Shown here one piece after another: positions 19,590 to 29,776 of a stretch of DNA of 64,000 bases; within the stretch, counting starts at the first letter, position 1, and each line of letters opens with the position of its first letter. The notes beneath the pieces were generated by a model. It did no database searches. It was not told the origin of the DNA and worked only from the letters and a program-made list of their open reading frames with translations. Source of the stretch: Ruminococcus sp. (GTDB lineage Bacteria > Bacillota > Clostridia > Oscillospirales > Ruminococcaceae); contig JAJQEI010000050.1 in NCBI GenBank assembly GCA_021201755.1, positions 56,110 through 120,109 of the forward strand, given 5' to 3'. Both the position numbers and the translations under genes were made by a program.

Positions 19590-20805
19590 AACCCATTCTC
19601 CTCCTGATTGTTTTGACACTTTCCAAAAAACGATCTATATCTGCTTTAGTATTATAAAAAGCAATGCTTGCTCTTGTAGTGGATGAAACGCCCAAATGCT
19701 GCAAGAGTGGCTGTGCACAATGATGCCCCGAACGCACTGCTACGCCATCGGCATCTAAAATGCTGCTAACATCATGTGAGTGTACACCATCAACCAAAAA
19801 GCTAATAATACCACAATGTTCCTCCGGATTTGGCGACCCTTGTATCTGAATAAATGGCAGCTTTTGTAGACCTTCCATCGCTCTCGCTGTTAATATTTTT
19901 TCCCTTTTTTCTATGGTACGATATCCAATTTTTTGCATAAATGAGATTGCAGCCTGCAATCCCCAAGCCCCGGCTGCATTTACCGTACCTGCCTCAAATT
20001 TATGTGGCAATTCAGCATATACTGCACCCTCTCGTGTAACCGATTGAATCATTTCTCCACCGGACAAAAACGGCGGCATTTCTTCCAATAATGCTTCTCT
20101 ACCATAGAGAACGCCTAATCCCATAGGTCCGTACATTTTATGAGCAGAAAATACTAGGAAATCAACTCCTAGTTTTTGTACATCAATGGGTGTATGCGGT
20201 ATACTTTGTGCTGCGTCTAACACTACAATTGCGCCACTCTGTTTTGACCTTATGACAATTTCTTTAATTGGATTTTGTCGACCTAGCACATTAGAAATAT
20301 GCGTAATTGCAACAAGTTTTGTTTTGGAAGAAAAGGCGGCTTCAAACTGTTCTTCTGAAAATGTGCCATCTGGTTCACATTCTAAGAAACGTAGTGTTGC
20401 ATCGATTTTTTTCACTACCATTTGCCATGGCAACAAATTACTATGATGTTCCATAATGCTAACAACAATTTCATCGCCCGCATGTAAATGTGACAATCCA
20501 TAACTATATGCTACCAAGTTAATCGATTCTGATGCATTTTTTGTAAAAATAATTTCCCTAGAGGATGCTGCATGGATAAATTTTTGCACACACTCTCTTG
20601 ATTCTTCATAATGAGCGGTTGCTTCTATTCCCAATTGATACAAGCCTCGCAGTGGATTTGCATTATATTTGGTATAAAATTCATTTTCTGCTTGCATCAC
20701 ACAATCTGGTCTTTGCGATGTAGCGGCATTATCTAAATAAGCAATGTCATTTTCCAAAAGAAGTGGAAAATATTTTTTATAATTTAATTCAATTGGATTT
20801 TCCAA
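19579..20805 (-). CDS. sufS: Cysteine desulfurase
   Basis: YLDNAATSQRP, SAHKMYGP, RSGHHCAQP. Confidence 0.96.
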   Translation of the reverse strand: MENPIELNYKKYFPLLLENDIAYLDNAATSQRPDCVMQAENEFYTKYNANPLRGLYQLGIEATAHYEESRECVQKFIHAASSREIIFTKNASESINLVAYSYGLSHLHAGDEIVVSIMEHHSNLLPWQMVVKKIDATLRFLECEPDGTFSEEQFEAAFSSKTKLVAITHISNVLGRQNPIKEIVIRSKQSGAIVVLDAAQSIPHTPIDVQKLGVDFLVFSAHKMYGPMGLGVLYGREALLEEMPPFLSGGEMIQSVTREGAVYAELPHKFEAGTVNAAGAWGLQAAISFMQKIGYRTIEKREKILTARAMEGLQKLPFIQIQGSPNPEEHCGIISFLVDGVHSHDVSSILDADGVAVRSGHHCAQPLLQHLGVSSTTRASIAFYNTKADIDRFLESVKTIRRRMGYGE

Positions 20806-21847
20806 ATCTCATCACCTCTGTAAGATATTTTTCAACACGACATCGAATACTTTCGTCGCCAATTCGACGACAGACCGCATCAATTTTAGAACGTGCCAAT
20901 AGGCAACAGGCTTCAGTTTCGCTAATTCCACGAGTCCCCATATAATACAATACATCTTCATCTGGTTGACCAATACTTGCACCGTGACTTCCCTGTACAT
21001 CTTCTTCAGCACAAAGAATCAATGGAACTGTACGATTAATTGCTTTTTCTCCTAAAATTAAAATATTTTCGGTTTCTGCACCAACAGATCCAGAAGAACC
21101 ATTTTTGAAATCAATTGTACCTCGAAAAATTTTTTGTGATGTATCATCTAGTACACCATTGGCACGAATCTGACTTTCTGTTTTTGGACTAAGATGATCC
21201 GCAATATAGTTCATATCAATTTTTCGATTTCCTTTTGCATAATAACCAATATCGGCGGAAAATTGACTTTTTTTTCCATTCAATACTGTATAACATCCAG
21301 TATAAGTGTCAGCATCTCCCAAAAATAACTGTATCAATTCAAATTGCGCATTTTTTTCGCAAGAAACACCAATATCATTCAAAAATCGAAACGGCTTTTC
21401 TAGCAACTGTATCTGCACCAATTTTACATGAGAATATTCCTCCAATTTCATTTTTGTTTGCAATGCACAGACGCCTTCTGTTGCTTTTGTACCGGAAATA
21501 AATTGAAAAATGGTAGTATCACTTTGTGGCATCGCTCTGATTTCCGATGCAAAATAGCCTTCGTTATTCTCATCACACAAAATTTCCCATGTCTTTTGTA
21601 CTTTTGTATTTTCCTTAATACAAATAGAAATCTTTTTTGGCATTTGCAGCTGTCGCATAGATTCTCCCATGCCAGTTGCTATTTTTTCTAAGGAAAAAGT
21701 TGTGCCTGCAGCCACTTCTTCCCCAATTACACGAAGCTCTGGTGGATAAGCAGACAATGCAATCTTTGTATTGTTCATGCTTAATTGATTCCACGTAGGC
21801 ACCGGAAGTGTATTGATTTCTAAATTTACGAATTGTTCCATTTCCAA
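20789..21847 (-). CDS. sufD: Fe-S assembly protein SufD
   Basis: KIFRGTIDF, VPLILCAEEDVQGSHGASIG, YMGTRGI; lies between sufB and sufS. Confidence 0.9.
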   Translation of the reverse strand: MEMEQFVNLEINTLPVPTWNQLSMNNTKIALSAYPPELRVIGEEVAAGTTFSLEKIATGMGESMRQLQMPKKISICIKENTKVQKTWEILCDENNEGYFASEIRAMPQSDTTIFQFISGTKATEGVCALQTKMKLEEYSHVKLVQIQLLEKPFRFLNDIGVSCEKNAQFELIQLFLGDADTYTGCYTVLNGKKSQFSADIGYYAKGNRKIDMNYIADHLSPKTESQIRANGVLDDTSQKIFRGTIDFKNGSSGSVGAETENILILGEKAINRTVPLILCAEEDVQGSHGASIGQPDEDVLYYMGTRGISETEACCLLARSKIDAVCRRIGDESIRCRVEKYLTEVMRFGKSN

Positions 21848-21853
21848 TCCTCC

Positions 21854-23260
21854 TTATCCGATACTGCCTTTCATTTCTAATTGAATCAAATTGTTCATTT
21901 CCACGGCATATTCTAATGGAAGTTCTTTTGAGACATTATCTGCAAAGCCACTTACAATCATAGCTCTAGCATCTTCTTCACTAATGCCACGGGACATCAA
22001 ATAGAAAACGGCATCGTCGCTAATTCGACCGATTTTCGCTTCATGTCCTACATCGGCGTAGCATGTCCGAATATCCATTGCTGGAATCGTGTCAGAACGT
22101 GATTTTTCATCCAGCATCAAAGATTCACAGGAAACGGAAGATTTGGTGTTTTTGGCATTTGGACCAACCACAACAGAACTTCGGAATGTACCAATGCCAC
22201 CATCCTTTGAGATAGATTTCGTGTTAATATACGAAGATGTCCTTTTCCCACCGTGTACCACCTTTGCACCAGTGTCTAAATTTTGTCCTTTACCAGCAAA
22301 TGTAATACCGGTAAATTCCATTTGCGATTTATTCCCCTTCAGAATGGTCATAGGGTATAAATAAGATACATGAGATCCAAAAGAACCAGAAATCCATTCC
22401 ATAATGCCGCCTTCTTCTACGATAGCACGTTTTGTATTTAGGTTATACATATTTTTCGACCAATTTTCAATTGTAGAGTAACGAAGCCGTGCATTTTTTC
22501 CAACAAATAATTCCACACATCCGGCGTGTAAATTTGCAACATTATATTTTGGTGCAGAGCATCCTTCAATGAAGTGAAGATCTGCTCCTTCATCAACAAT
22601 AATCAAAGTGTGTTCAAATTGTCCAGCACCTGGTGCGTTTAATCGAAAATAAGACTGCAATGGAATTTCTACACGAATTCCTGGTGGAACATAGACAAAT
22701 GATCCGCCAGACCACACTGCACCATGTAGGGCAGCGAATTTATGATCCGTTGGCTTTACGAGCTTCATAAAATGCGATTTCACCATATCGGCGTATTTTC
22801 CTTTTAATGCACTCTCAAAATCTGTATAGACCACGCCTTGTGCAGTAACTTCCTCTCGCACATTGTGATAAACCAATTCAGAATCATACTGTGCCCCTAC
22901 GCCAGCCAATGATTCTCTCTCCGCTTGTGGAATACCCAATCGTTCAAACGTATCTTTGATGTCCTTCGGAACATCTAACCATTTCGCAGACATTTTCGTA
23001 TTAGGTCGAACATAAGTAGCAATATCATCCATATTCAATTCGCTAATGTCCGGTCCCCAATTCGGAATATCCATTTCATTGTAAATTTTTAATGCTTCTA
23101 GTCGAAATTGCTGCATCCAAACAGGGTCATTCTTTTCCTTGGAAATTTGCTCTACAATTGATGCATCTAATCCCGTTTGAATCCGATAAGCGTCACTTTC
23201 CTCATCTTTGATATCATATACACTTCTGTCTACATCACTGACATAAGTCTTTTCCTTCAT
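21854..23260 (-). CDS. sufB: Fe-S assembly protein SufB
   Basis: GVGAQYDSE, GQFEHTLII, YSTIENWS, HEAKIGRI, ELPLEYAVE. Confidence 0.97.
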   Translation of the reverse strand: MKEKTYVSDVDRSVYDIKDEESDAYRIQTGLDASIVEQISKEKNDPVWMQQFRLEALKIYNEMDIPNWGPDISELNMDDIATYVRPNTKMSAKWLDVPKDIKDTFERLGIPQAERESLAGVGAQYDSELVYHNVREEVTAQGVVYTDFESALKGKYADMVKSHFMKLVKPTDHKFAALHGAVWSGGSFVYVPPGIRVEIPLQSYFRLNAPGAGQFEHTLIIVDEGADLHFIEGCSAPKYNVANLHAGCVELFVGKNARLRYSTIENWSKNMYNLNTKRAIVEEGGIMEWISGSFGSHVSYLYPMTILKGNKSQMEFTGITFAGKGQNLDTGAKVVHGGKRTSSYINTKSISKDGGIGTFRSSVVVGPNAKNTKSSVSCESLMLDEKSRSDTIPAMDIRTCYADVGHEAKIGRISDDAVFYLMSRGISEEDARAMIVSGFADNVSKELPLEYAVEMNNLIQLEMKGSIG

Positions 23261-23287
23261 GATTCCAGCACCCTCCTGTTTGACATT

Positions 23288-24046
23288 TTATTTTTGCTGC
23301 ATTTGATCCAAAAATGATTCAAATCCATTTTGATTAATTTCATCAATCAATGCAGCAGATCCAGTACAAACGATTTTGCCGTCTACCATAACGTGCGTAT
23401 AATCTACTCGTAGAGATTCTAGAATACGTGTACTATGAGTAATAATCAGTAGCGAACCCTGTTGATTTTTTTGGTATTCCTCAATTCCCTTCGATACCGT
23501 CCGTACTGCATCTACATCTAAGCCAGAATCCGTTTCGTCCAAAATTGCAAGCTTCGGTTTTAACATCAACATCTGAAGAATTTCTGCTTTCTTTTTTTCG
23601 CCACCAGAAAAACCTACATTCAAATCACGATCTGCATAGAACTTGTCCATGGACAAAAGCTCCATGGCTTGTTCCATTTCTTTTTTAAATGCAAATACTC
23701 GAATCCGTTCACCACGACGTTGTTGAATAGAAGTTCTCAAAAAAGAGCTTAGTGTAATGCCGGGAACTTCCAATGGATTTTGAAAAGATAAAAAAATCCC
23801 CTCTTTAGCACGCTTGTCTGGTGTTTCATTTTGAATTGGCTTGTTTTCAAATAGAATTTCGCCATCATCTACATGATAACTTAGATTTCCCATCAGTGCA
23901 TACCCCAAGGTAGACTTTCCAGCACCATTTGGTCCCATTAAAACATGGGTTTCTCCAACGCCTATGGATAAATTTACGCTGTGAAGAATGGACTTATCTT
24001 TTACACTGACAGACAGCTCATTGATTTTTAATAATTGGTCTGACAT
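23288..24046 (-). CDS. sufC: Fe-S assembly ATPase SufC
   Basis: GPNGAGKST, GFSGGEKKK, ILDETDSGLDVDA. Confidence 0.97.
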   Translation of the reverse strand: MSDQLLKINELSVSVKDKSILHSVNLSIGVGETHVLMGPNGAGKSTLGYALMGNLSYHVDDGEILFENKPIQNETPDKRAKEGIFLSFQNPLEVPGITLSSFLRTSIQQRRGERIRVFAFKKEMEQAMELLSMDKFYADRDLNVGFSGGEKKKAEILQMLMLKPKLAILDETDSGLDVDAVRTVSKGIEEYQKNQQGSLLIITHSTRILESLRVDYTHVMVDGKIVCTGSAALIDEINQNGFESFLDQMQQK

Positions 24047-24124
24047 ACACGAAACCACACCTTTCCCATAATGTTTATGCTTCTTGCAATGGAATTTATC
24101 TAATTATCATTGAATTTCTTGTAT

Positions 24125-24153
24125 ATTATACCACACTTTTCTTGTAAAGTCAA
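24125..24153 (-). promoter_or_regulatory. SigA promoter of the suf operon
   Basis: TTGACT-17-TATAAT with extended TG on the minus strand. Confidence 0.75.
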
Positions 24154-24346
24154 TGGTTAATTCATTCATCTTTGTTATATAAAATCATTTGATTTTGCAG
24201 ATGGTATATGTTTTTATCGGTGAATTTATGCATTTTAGAATGCTTTCTAATTTCATTGCCGAAAGTATAAAAATGTTGTAAAATAGTGAAAAAGCTATCC
24301 ATACAATAAGAACTACAAATCTGTTAGCAGATTATGCGGTTCCTGA

Positions 24347-24601
24347 CTATTTCGTTTTAATTTTATCTTCTAACACCTGCAAAATTTCCCATAAGCTATT
24401 TTCTTCAAAGGGAAAATGTAAAGTTTCTTCAATTTCCGCCTTATCTGAACATAAATTTCCATGCCAAAGTTGTAGTAAAAGTTCATCACCCGGTGTAATT
24501 TTATAACGCAAGGAACAATAACTTCCAGTATATACATTTTTAAATTCAAAATAAGAGAGCGGTGGCAGATAAAAATGTGCAGATTTGATTTTTTCTTCCA
24601 T
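24347..24601 (-). CDS. Small hypothetical protein (84 aa)
   Basis: RBS aggag, coupled behind the HAD gene; FxNVYTGS...LRYKI...W pattern; no recognised family. Confidence 0.7.
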   Translation of the reverse strand: MEEKIKSAHFYLPPLSYFEFKNVYTGSYCSLRYKITPGDELLLQLWHGNLCSDKAEIEETLHFPFEENSLWEILQVLEDKIKTK

Positions 24602-24604
24602 TGT

Positions 24605-25264
24605 TTAAAGCTCCTTATTTTCAAGTAGTAATGGAATAATTTTCTCCAAATTAGAAGCAACGCCCCATAGGAGTGGATGAAAACACGTTTCTGGCGGTGT
24701 CATATCTGGTACCATGATGACCGAACAGCCAGCAGAAAACGCAGAGATAATTCCGTTTGGTGAATCTTCTACTGCTGCACATTCCTTTGGTTCGAGTCCC
24801 AGCTCCGACACTGCTTTTTGGTATATATCTGGTGCGGGTTTACCACAAGTCACATCATCGCCACCAATGATTTTTGAAAAAACTCCACCCAATCCTGCCA
24901 TTTGTAACCGTATTTCTGCCAATTCATGGGAAGTAGCTGTTGCAACTGCAACCTGAATGTTTTGCTCTTGACAAAAGCGTATCAGTGGGAAAATACCCAC
25001 TTTTTGCTGTACACCATTTTTTTCGATATACTGTGTCACCAACTCCCGACGTCGTTCTCGAACGTCATAATAGCAAAAATCCTCTCCAAATAACCGCTTG
25101 AAATATGGCTCCGCATATTTAGAACAGCAGCTGCGTACAGCAAAAATCGTTTCATCCTGCATTTCAAATCCAAATTCTTTTGCGCTTTGCTTCCAGCACT
25201 GAAAATAAATTTTTTCCGAATCCAGAAGAACGCCATCCATGTCAAAAATCAATCCATGAATCAT
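24605..25264 (-). CDS. HAD-superfamily phosphatase (beta-PGM-like)
   Basis: FDMDGVLLD, VATAT, GKPAPDIY, VEDSPNG. Confidence 0.92.
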   Translation of the reverse strand: MIHGLIFDMDGVLLDSEKIYFQCWKQSAKEFGFEMQDETIFAVRSCCSKYAEPYFKRLFGEDFCYYDVRERRRELVTQYIEKNGVQQKVGIFPLIRFCQEQNIQVAVATATSHELAEIRLQMAGLGGVFSKIIGGDDVTCGKPAPDIYQKAVSELGLEPKECAAVEDSPNGIISAFSAGCSVIMVPDMTPPETCFHPLLWGVASNLEKIIPLLLENKEL

Positions 25265-25265
25265 T

Positions 25266-26696
25266 TCAATTCGCCTGTAATAAAACATTCTGCCGCAACA
25301 GTACTAAATCAAAACCATTTACCCGAGAATCTTTCGTCAAATCAGCGCACAAGTATGCCTGTGAACTCAAGGAACGATTTCTAATCAAGTAACACTGTAG
25401 TGCAATCACATCTGCTAAACCGACGTTGTCATCTAAATTCACATCGCCTATCAGAATATCATCCGCTTCTTTCGTAGAAGAAGTAGTAGTTGTTGTTTCT
25501 GTCGCTGATGTTTCTGTTGTTGTCGTTTCCGTTATGATGTCTGTATCGGATGATACGGTTGTCTCTGTTTCACTTGTTTCTGTCTCGCTTGTAGTTGATG
25601 TGATTTCTGTTGTTTCTGTTTGGGAATCTGTCGATATTTCTGTAGATGAAGTTGTTGATTCCATGGTTGATTCTGTCGTCAACCCTGTAATAGATTCCGT
25701 TGTTGAATTTGTTGTGTCAGTTGTAGTGATTATAGACGTGGTAGTAGTTGTTGTTGTATTTGTTGTCGTTGTAACCGGATTGTCAGTGTTGCCATTGACA
25801 TATGACAAAATCAATTCAGACCAATACTCGCCCATGCAAGCATAACCCCCATCATTTGGATGTACACCATCATCTAAGCCTGTTTCCATATCTACCACGC
25901 TGTTGATATCTGAAAAATAAATGTTGTACCCTTCTGCTTGTTTCTCCTCTACCAATGCTTCAACCGATTCGTTATAAGCGTCTACATAACTTTCTACTAA
26001 AGCAATGAAGCCTTCTGGATCATCTGAATAGTACGTTCCATAAGTATAGCCATAAGCCGTCAACCAGTCATTGCGTACTTCCGCATCAATATCCGGAACA
26101 GATGCAACAAAAAGTACTGCACCATCATCCAAATAAAGCTCAATCTCATCAATCAATTCTTCCAAACGATCCGTGATTCCATCGTTATGAGCGTCCAAAA
26201 GATCATTCGTACCGATTTGCAGTAAAATCATATCTGGTTCATATGCTTCAATCATATTACCTGCTTCATTCCAGTCAGAATCGTAGTACATCGTATCAAA
26301 AATGGTTTCGTATATACCAGTTCTTTCAGAGTAGCTTTGGATGGAAAAACCACTATAACCAGCGTGTGCCGGATCATAAGTAATCGTGGTGCCAGCAGCT
26401 ATGCCATTTGCACTGGTAGACAACGTATAGGTTGTGGAGTCTGTCCAATTGCTATTAGGACCTACCATGTCAAAATCGGTAAATCCAGCATTTTGCAAAT
26501 AATAGCAAAGATACTTTCGATAGCCATCCGTACTGCTATTATAGCCGTGTGTGATAGAATCACCTACTGCCAAAATTTTCAGCGTATCGCTGTAATCAGC
26601 AGTAACTCTACTACTAACAGTAGAAGCATATCCCATGCCTACGCAGCCAATAGCAGCAGCTGCTGCTGTCAAGATAGAGAGAAAACGATGTTTCAT
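25266..26696 (-). CDS. Secreted SGNH/GDSL esterase (CE3-like) with Thr/Ser/Glu linker and C-terminal dockerin
   Basis: Signal peptide; blocks GDSITHG, HAGYSG, IGTND, DGVHP; linker; dockerin GDVNLDDNV...ADLTKDSRVNGFDL. Confidence 0.88.
   Translation of the reverse strand: MKHRFLSILTAAAAAIGCVGMGYASTVSSRVTADYSDTLKILAVGDSITHGYNSSTDGYRKYLCYYLQNAGFTDFDMVGPNSNWTDSTTYTLSTSANGIAAGTTITYDPAHAGYSGFSIQSYSERTGIYETIFDTMYYDSDWNEAGNMIEAYEPDMILLQIGTNDLLDAHNDGITDRLEELIDEIELYLDDGAVLFVASVPDIDAEVRNDWLTAYGYTYGTYYSDDPEGFIALVESYVDAYNESVEALVEEKQAEGYNIYFSDINSVVDMETGLDDGVHPNDGGYACMGEYWSELILSYVNGNTDNPVTTTTNTTTTTTTSIITTTDTTNSTTESITGLTTESTMESTTSSTEISTDSQTETTEITSTTSETETSETETTVSSDTDIITETTTTETSATETTTTTSSTKEADDILIGDVNLDDNVGLADVIALQCYLIRNRSLSSQAYLCADLTKDSRVNGFDLVLLRQNVLLQAN
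25480..25790 (-). repeat. Low-complexity Thr/Ser/Glu-rich linker-coding tract
   Basis: Runs such as TTTTNTTTTTT, ETSETET and TTTETSATETTTTT. Confidence 0.8.
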
Positions 26697-26734
26697 AAAA
26701 TCAACCTCTTTTCAATATTAAAACGATTTCCCGT

Positions 26735-27997
26735 TTACAATTTCATTAAGCTTTGAATAACCGGGGTTAATGCATTTACAATTACTGTACCACCTTCGCC
26801 ATCAGGATGTTGTCCGTATACTGTTTTTGATGCATTAGATTCATCCGCAAGCAGAGATGCAACATCAAAGTAAACAGCACCATAATCTTCTGCAATTGTT
26901 TCTACCCTTGCATTATATTCTGTTCGAATTGCATCCAACTCTTCTGTTAAGTCAAATGGCGGAGAATTCCATAAAATCGTCTGAATACCTGCACTCGTAC
27001 AAGCATTTGTAATCGTACGAACTGCCGTTTCAATTTCCTCCGCAGAGGAAGAACCACCCTCGCCGTATGCACCACTGATAATGTCATTTGTTCCAAATGC
27101 AATGGTGACAATATCTGCACCGGCAATCGCTCGTTCCAGCCAATCGCCATCAGTTGCGCAGTCTGTTGCACGAGAATAACCAAGTCCCAGATTCCATAAA
27201 CTATAACTATCTGTTCCTAATTGTTCCAATGTCTGTGCAGCCCAAAAGTCTTGTTCAAATTCAGTCGTCTGACAACCTTGCGTAACAGAATCACCCAATG
27301 TGACGATACGTGCTTCTACTTTTCGATCCACGCCAATAAGTTGCGGCAATGGAATTTCGTTGGTATATAGAAATCCTTTGTCGTCACCTTTATCTTTGTA
27401 AGAATATGCCAAATTCGACATACAAATTGCTGGAATATTTTCACCGGAAATTGTCCATTCCCACAATAGGTAATGCCCTTCCGGTACATCAAAGCTTACA
27501 GGATCACTCCAAAACGTTTCATCCGGTAAAACCTCTTTTGAAGTTTCGCCTAAAAAAGTGATAGATACTGTTGTTTCTGGATCGATATTCGCATCGAATT
27601 CCGTACCACCATCAGAAATAGAGGCACTTTCAATGGTATAGCTTCCTCCCGACATACCAACATAAGAAACAGAACCATCATCATATGTAGAATCTACCGT
27701 ATTGGAAAAATAAAAGCAGTAATCAAACTCCCCTGATACCTCCACCGGTAACCAAGCACGATATGTCACACTATCGGCACTCTTAATAATCGTATTATTT
27801 CCTGTGGCAATCACTGTATTGGAAACATAAGTATCAAACAATGTTGGCTCTGCAACCATCTCGGTTTCTTCTACTATAGTTTGGCTTGACTCAGGTTTGC
27901 TATCAGAACTGCAAGCAACGAATCCAGAAACCGTAACACCAGTCAACAAAAATGCAGCTGCACGTTTCCAAAAAGACAGCCGAATTTTCTGATGCAT
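26735..27997 (-). CDS. SGNH/GDSL hydrolase lipoprotein
   Basis: Lipobox FVAC; N-terminal beta domain; GDSVTQG, FGTND, GQHPD. Confidence 0.85.
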   Translation of the reverse strand: MHQKIRLSFWKRAAAFLLTGVTVSGFVACSSDSKPESSQTIVEETEMVAEPTLFDTYVSNTVIATGNNTIIKSADSVTYRAWLPVEVSGEFDYCFYFSNTVDSTYDDGSVSYVGMSGGSYTIESASISDGGTEFDANIDPETTVSITFLGETSKEVLPDETFWSDPVSFDVPEGHYLLWEWTISGENIPAICMSNLAYSYKDKGDDKGFLYTNEIPLPQLIGVDRKVEARIVTLGDSVTQGCQTTEFEQDFWAAQTLEQLGTDSYSLWNLGLGYSRATDCATDGDWLERAIAGADIVTIAFGTNDIISGAYGEGGSSSAEEIETAVRTITNACTSAGIQTILWNSPPFDLTEELDAIRTEYNARVETIAEDYGAVYFDVASLLADESNASKTVYGQHPDGEGGTVIVNALTPVIQSLMKL

Positions 27998-28095
27998 GGG
28001 AAAAACCTCCTTTAACGAAATTTATTCCTTTTTTATTTTATCATATTTTATGCGCATTTGTCAAGAAAAATTAGAACATTTTTTATATGATTATA

Positions 28096-28135
28096 AAAAG
28101 AATGCAGTGTATCTCAAATAACACTGCATTCTTTT
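28096..28135. terminator. Intrinsic terminator after spo0A
   Basis: aaaagaatgcagtgt-10-acactgcattctttt. Confidence 0.85.
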
Positions 28136-28166
28136 AAACGGCATACATTTTCTTAACAATAAAAGA

Positions 28167-28940
28167 TTATGTGAAATCCTTTTCTAGTCGTATACGCAAA
28201 TTATCTGCAACCAATGCGATAAATTCAGAATTAGAAGGCTTTCTATTTTGAATATACGGTATCTGTCCAAAGATATTGTGAATTATATCAAAATCTCCTT
28301 CTCGCCATGCGAACTCGATAGCATGACGAATGCTTCGTTCAACTTGTTCTACGGATGAATTGGATGCTTACGCAATTTCCGGATAAAGCTGATGCATAAT
28401 ATGCGAAAGGTATTCCGGATGTTTAATTGCAAGCAAAATGCCAATTCGAAGATTCTTATGCCCTCTCAGATGTGCAGGAATTCCAATATTTTGAAGAATA
28501 CTTGTCACTTGAAATTGCAAACTTTCTCCTGCATATGGAAAACTATCCCGTTCCATTTTCATCAATCGGAAAATTTGATTTTTCAGCATATTCCCATCAT
28601 AGGGACTTCGGATAAAATATGCCCGTTTTGTCGTCATAACTTCATATTCAACTACATCATTAACGTAGGGAGAAATTACAATATATGCTGGTCGATTGGG
28701 CAGATTTCTTGTTTCCTGGATAACACCTAATGCATCGAAATGTGGCATGGTGACACCCATGATTACAACATCAGGATATTCTTTTTAGATGGTATCCAAG
28801 ATAATTTTTCCATCTCTTTTCCTTGTGTAAGCATAAATTTCAGGACATCGTAACGTAGAAGCACATTTCAGTCCACTTTCCACAGCGTCTGAGCCGATAA
28901 GAACCTTGATTTTCTCCTTTTGTACGCAATTATTATTCAT
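28167..28940 (-). pseudogene. spo0A: Sporulation master regulator Spo0A pseudogene
   Basis: One frame carries the receiver domain and the Spo0A C-domain (IGIPAHLRG, LYPEIA, VERSIRHAIEFAW, RKPSNSEFIALVAD). In-frame TAA stops occur at 28785-28787 and 28368-28370, and the phosphoacceptor position reads VVIMG rather than D. Confidence 0.9.
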
Positions 28941-29074
28941 GCATAAGCCTCCTGTTTTTACAATATTCGTTGTTAATAGCAATTCATCTTGAATTATCAT
29001 AGCAACATAATATTATTTTACCACATATGCAATAAAATTGTAAAGCACAAAATTTATCAAATTTCCACAAATCA

Positions 29075-29149
29075 TGTCGAATCCTGTCTATACGGACGGA
29101 ATTTATATGCATTTTGTACTATTTTGCAAATCATTTACTAAAATCGACA
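29075..29149. promoter_or_regulatory. 0A box TGTCGAA (29075-29081) and near-match TGTCGAT (29143-29149, minus strand) upstream of spo0A
   Basis: Matches to TGNCGAA in the spo0A upstream region, consistent with autoregulation. Confidence 0.5.
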
Positions 29150-29172
29150 TTATGTTCATTGTATTGAAATGC

Positions 29173-29201
29173 TTGACAATCCTTGAAAAATGTATTATAA
29201 T
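29173..29201 (+). promoter_or_regulatory. Perfect SigA promoter of the TerB-like gene
   Basis: TTGACA-17-TATAAT. Confidence 0.85.
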
Positions 29202-29247
29202 AATTTTATAGAACAACATACTAATTTTATAATGGAGGATATTTGTC

Positions 29248-29661
29248 ATGTTGGAAAATTATTTTGAGAATTTGAACGTTACACAAAAAAATATGTTCGT
29301 TGCATTAAGCAAATATGCGGCAATGTCAAATCATCGTTTAGATCAGGCAGAAAAAGACGCAATTGATGCATGGTGTGAGATGATGTCCATTAAAACGGAA
29401 TCTTACCAGGTGGAAATACCACTGGATAAAGTTCTGTCAGAGCTTAACGCATCTTGCGATGACATTATCAAGAAAGTGATTTTTTCTGAAATTTTAAGCA
29501 TTCTTGCTGTAGATGGTGAAATTGATGATGATGAACTGGCATTTGCGGAAAATGTTTCAAAATCTCTCGAAATTAGCAAAACTGATGCAGACGAAATGAT
29601 TACAATCTGTATTCGTATTATGAACGACTATAATGCATTGAATGTGGTAATTTATCGGTAA
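29248..29661 (+). CDS. TerB-like domain protein
   Basis: All-helical acidic protein with AVDGEIDDDELAF and an N-terminal L..AE..AI repeat, typical of the TerB fold. Confidence 0.65.
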   Translation: MLENYFENLNVTQKNMFVALSKYAAMSNHRLDQAEKDAIDAWCEMMSIKTESYQVEIPLDKVLSELNASCDDIIKKVIFSEILSILAVDGEIDDDELAFAENVSKSLEISKTDADEMITICIRIMNDYNALNVVIYR

Positions 29662-29692
29662 GTGGAGAAGTATACTGTCCTTGCTACAATGT

Positions 29693-29742
29693 AAAAAGTG
29701 CATACTAAAGATCATTAAATCAACCTTTAGTATGCACTTTTT
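29693..29742. terminator. Bidirectional terminator between the TerB-like gene and glgA
   Basis: aaaaagtgcatactaaag-14-ctttagtatgcacttttt. Confidence 0.88.
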
Positions 29743-29776
29743 ATCAAATCAAGTTTGTTACCATGTCAACATAATC

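Noticed and set aside
24090-24115. Fur/PerR-like box (aatgataattag, minus strand) in the suf leader
   Set aside because: Only a half-site match in very AT-rich DNA.
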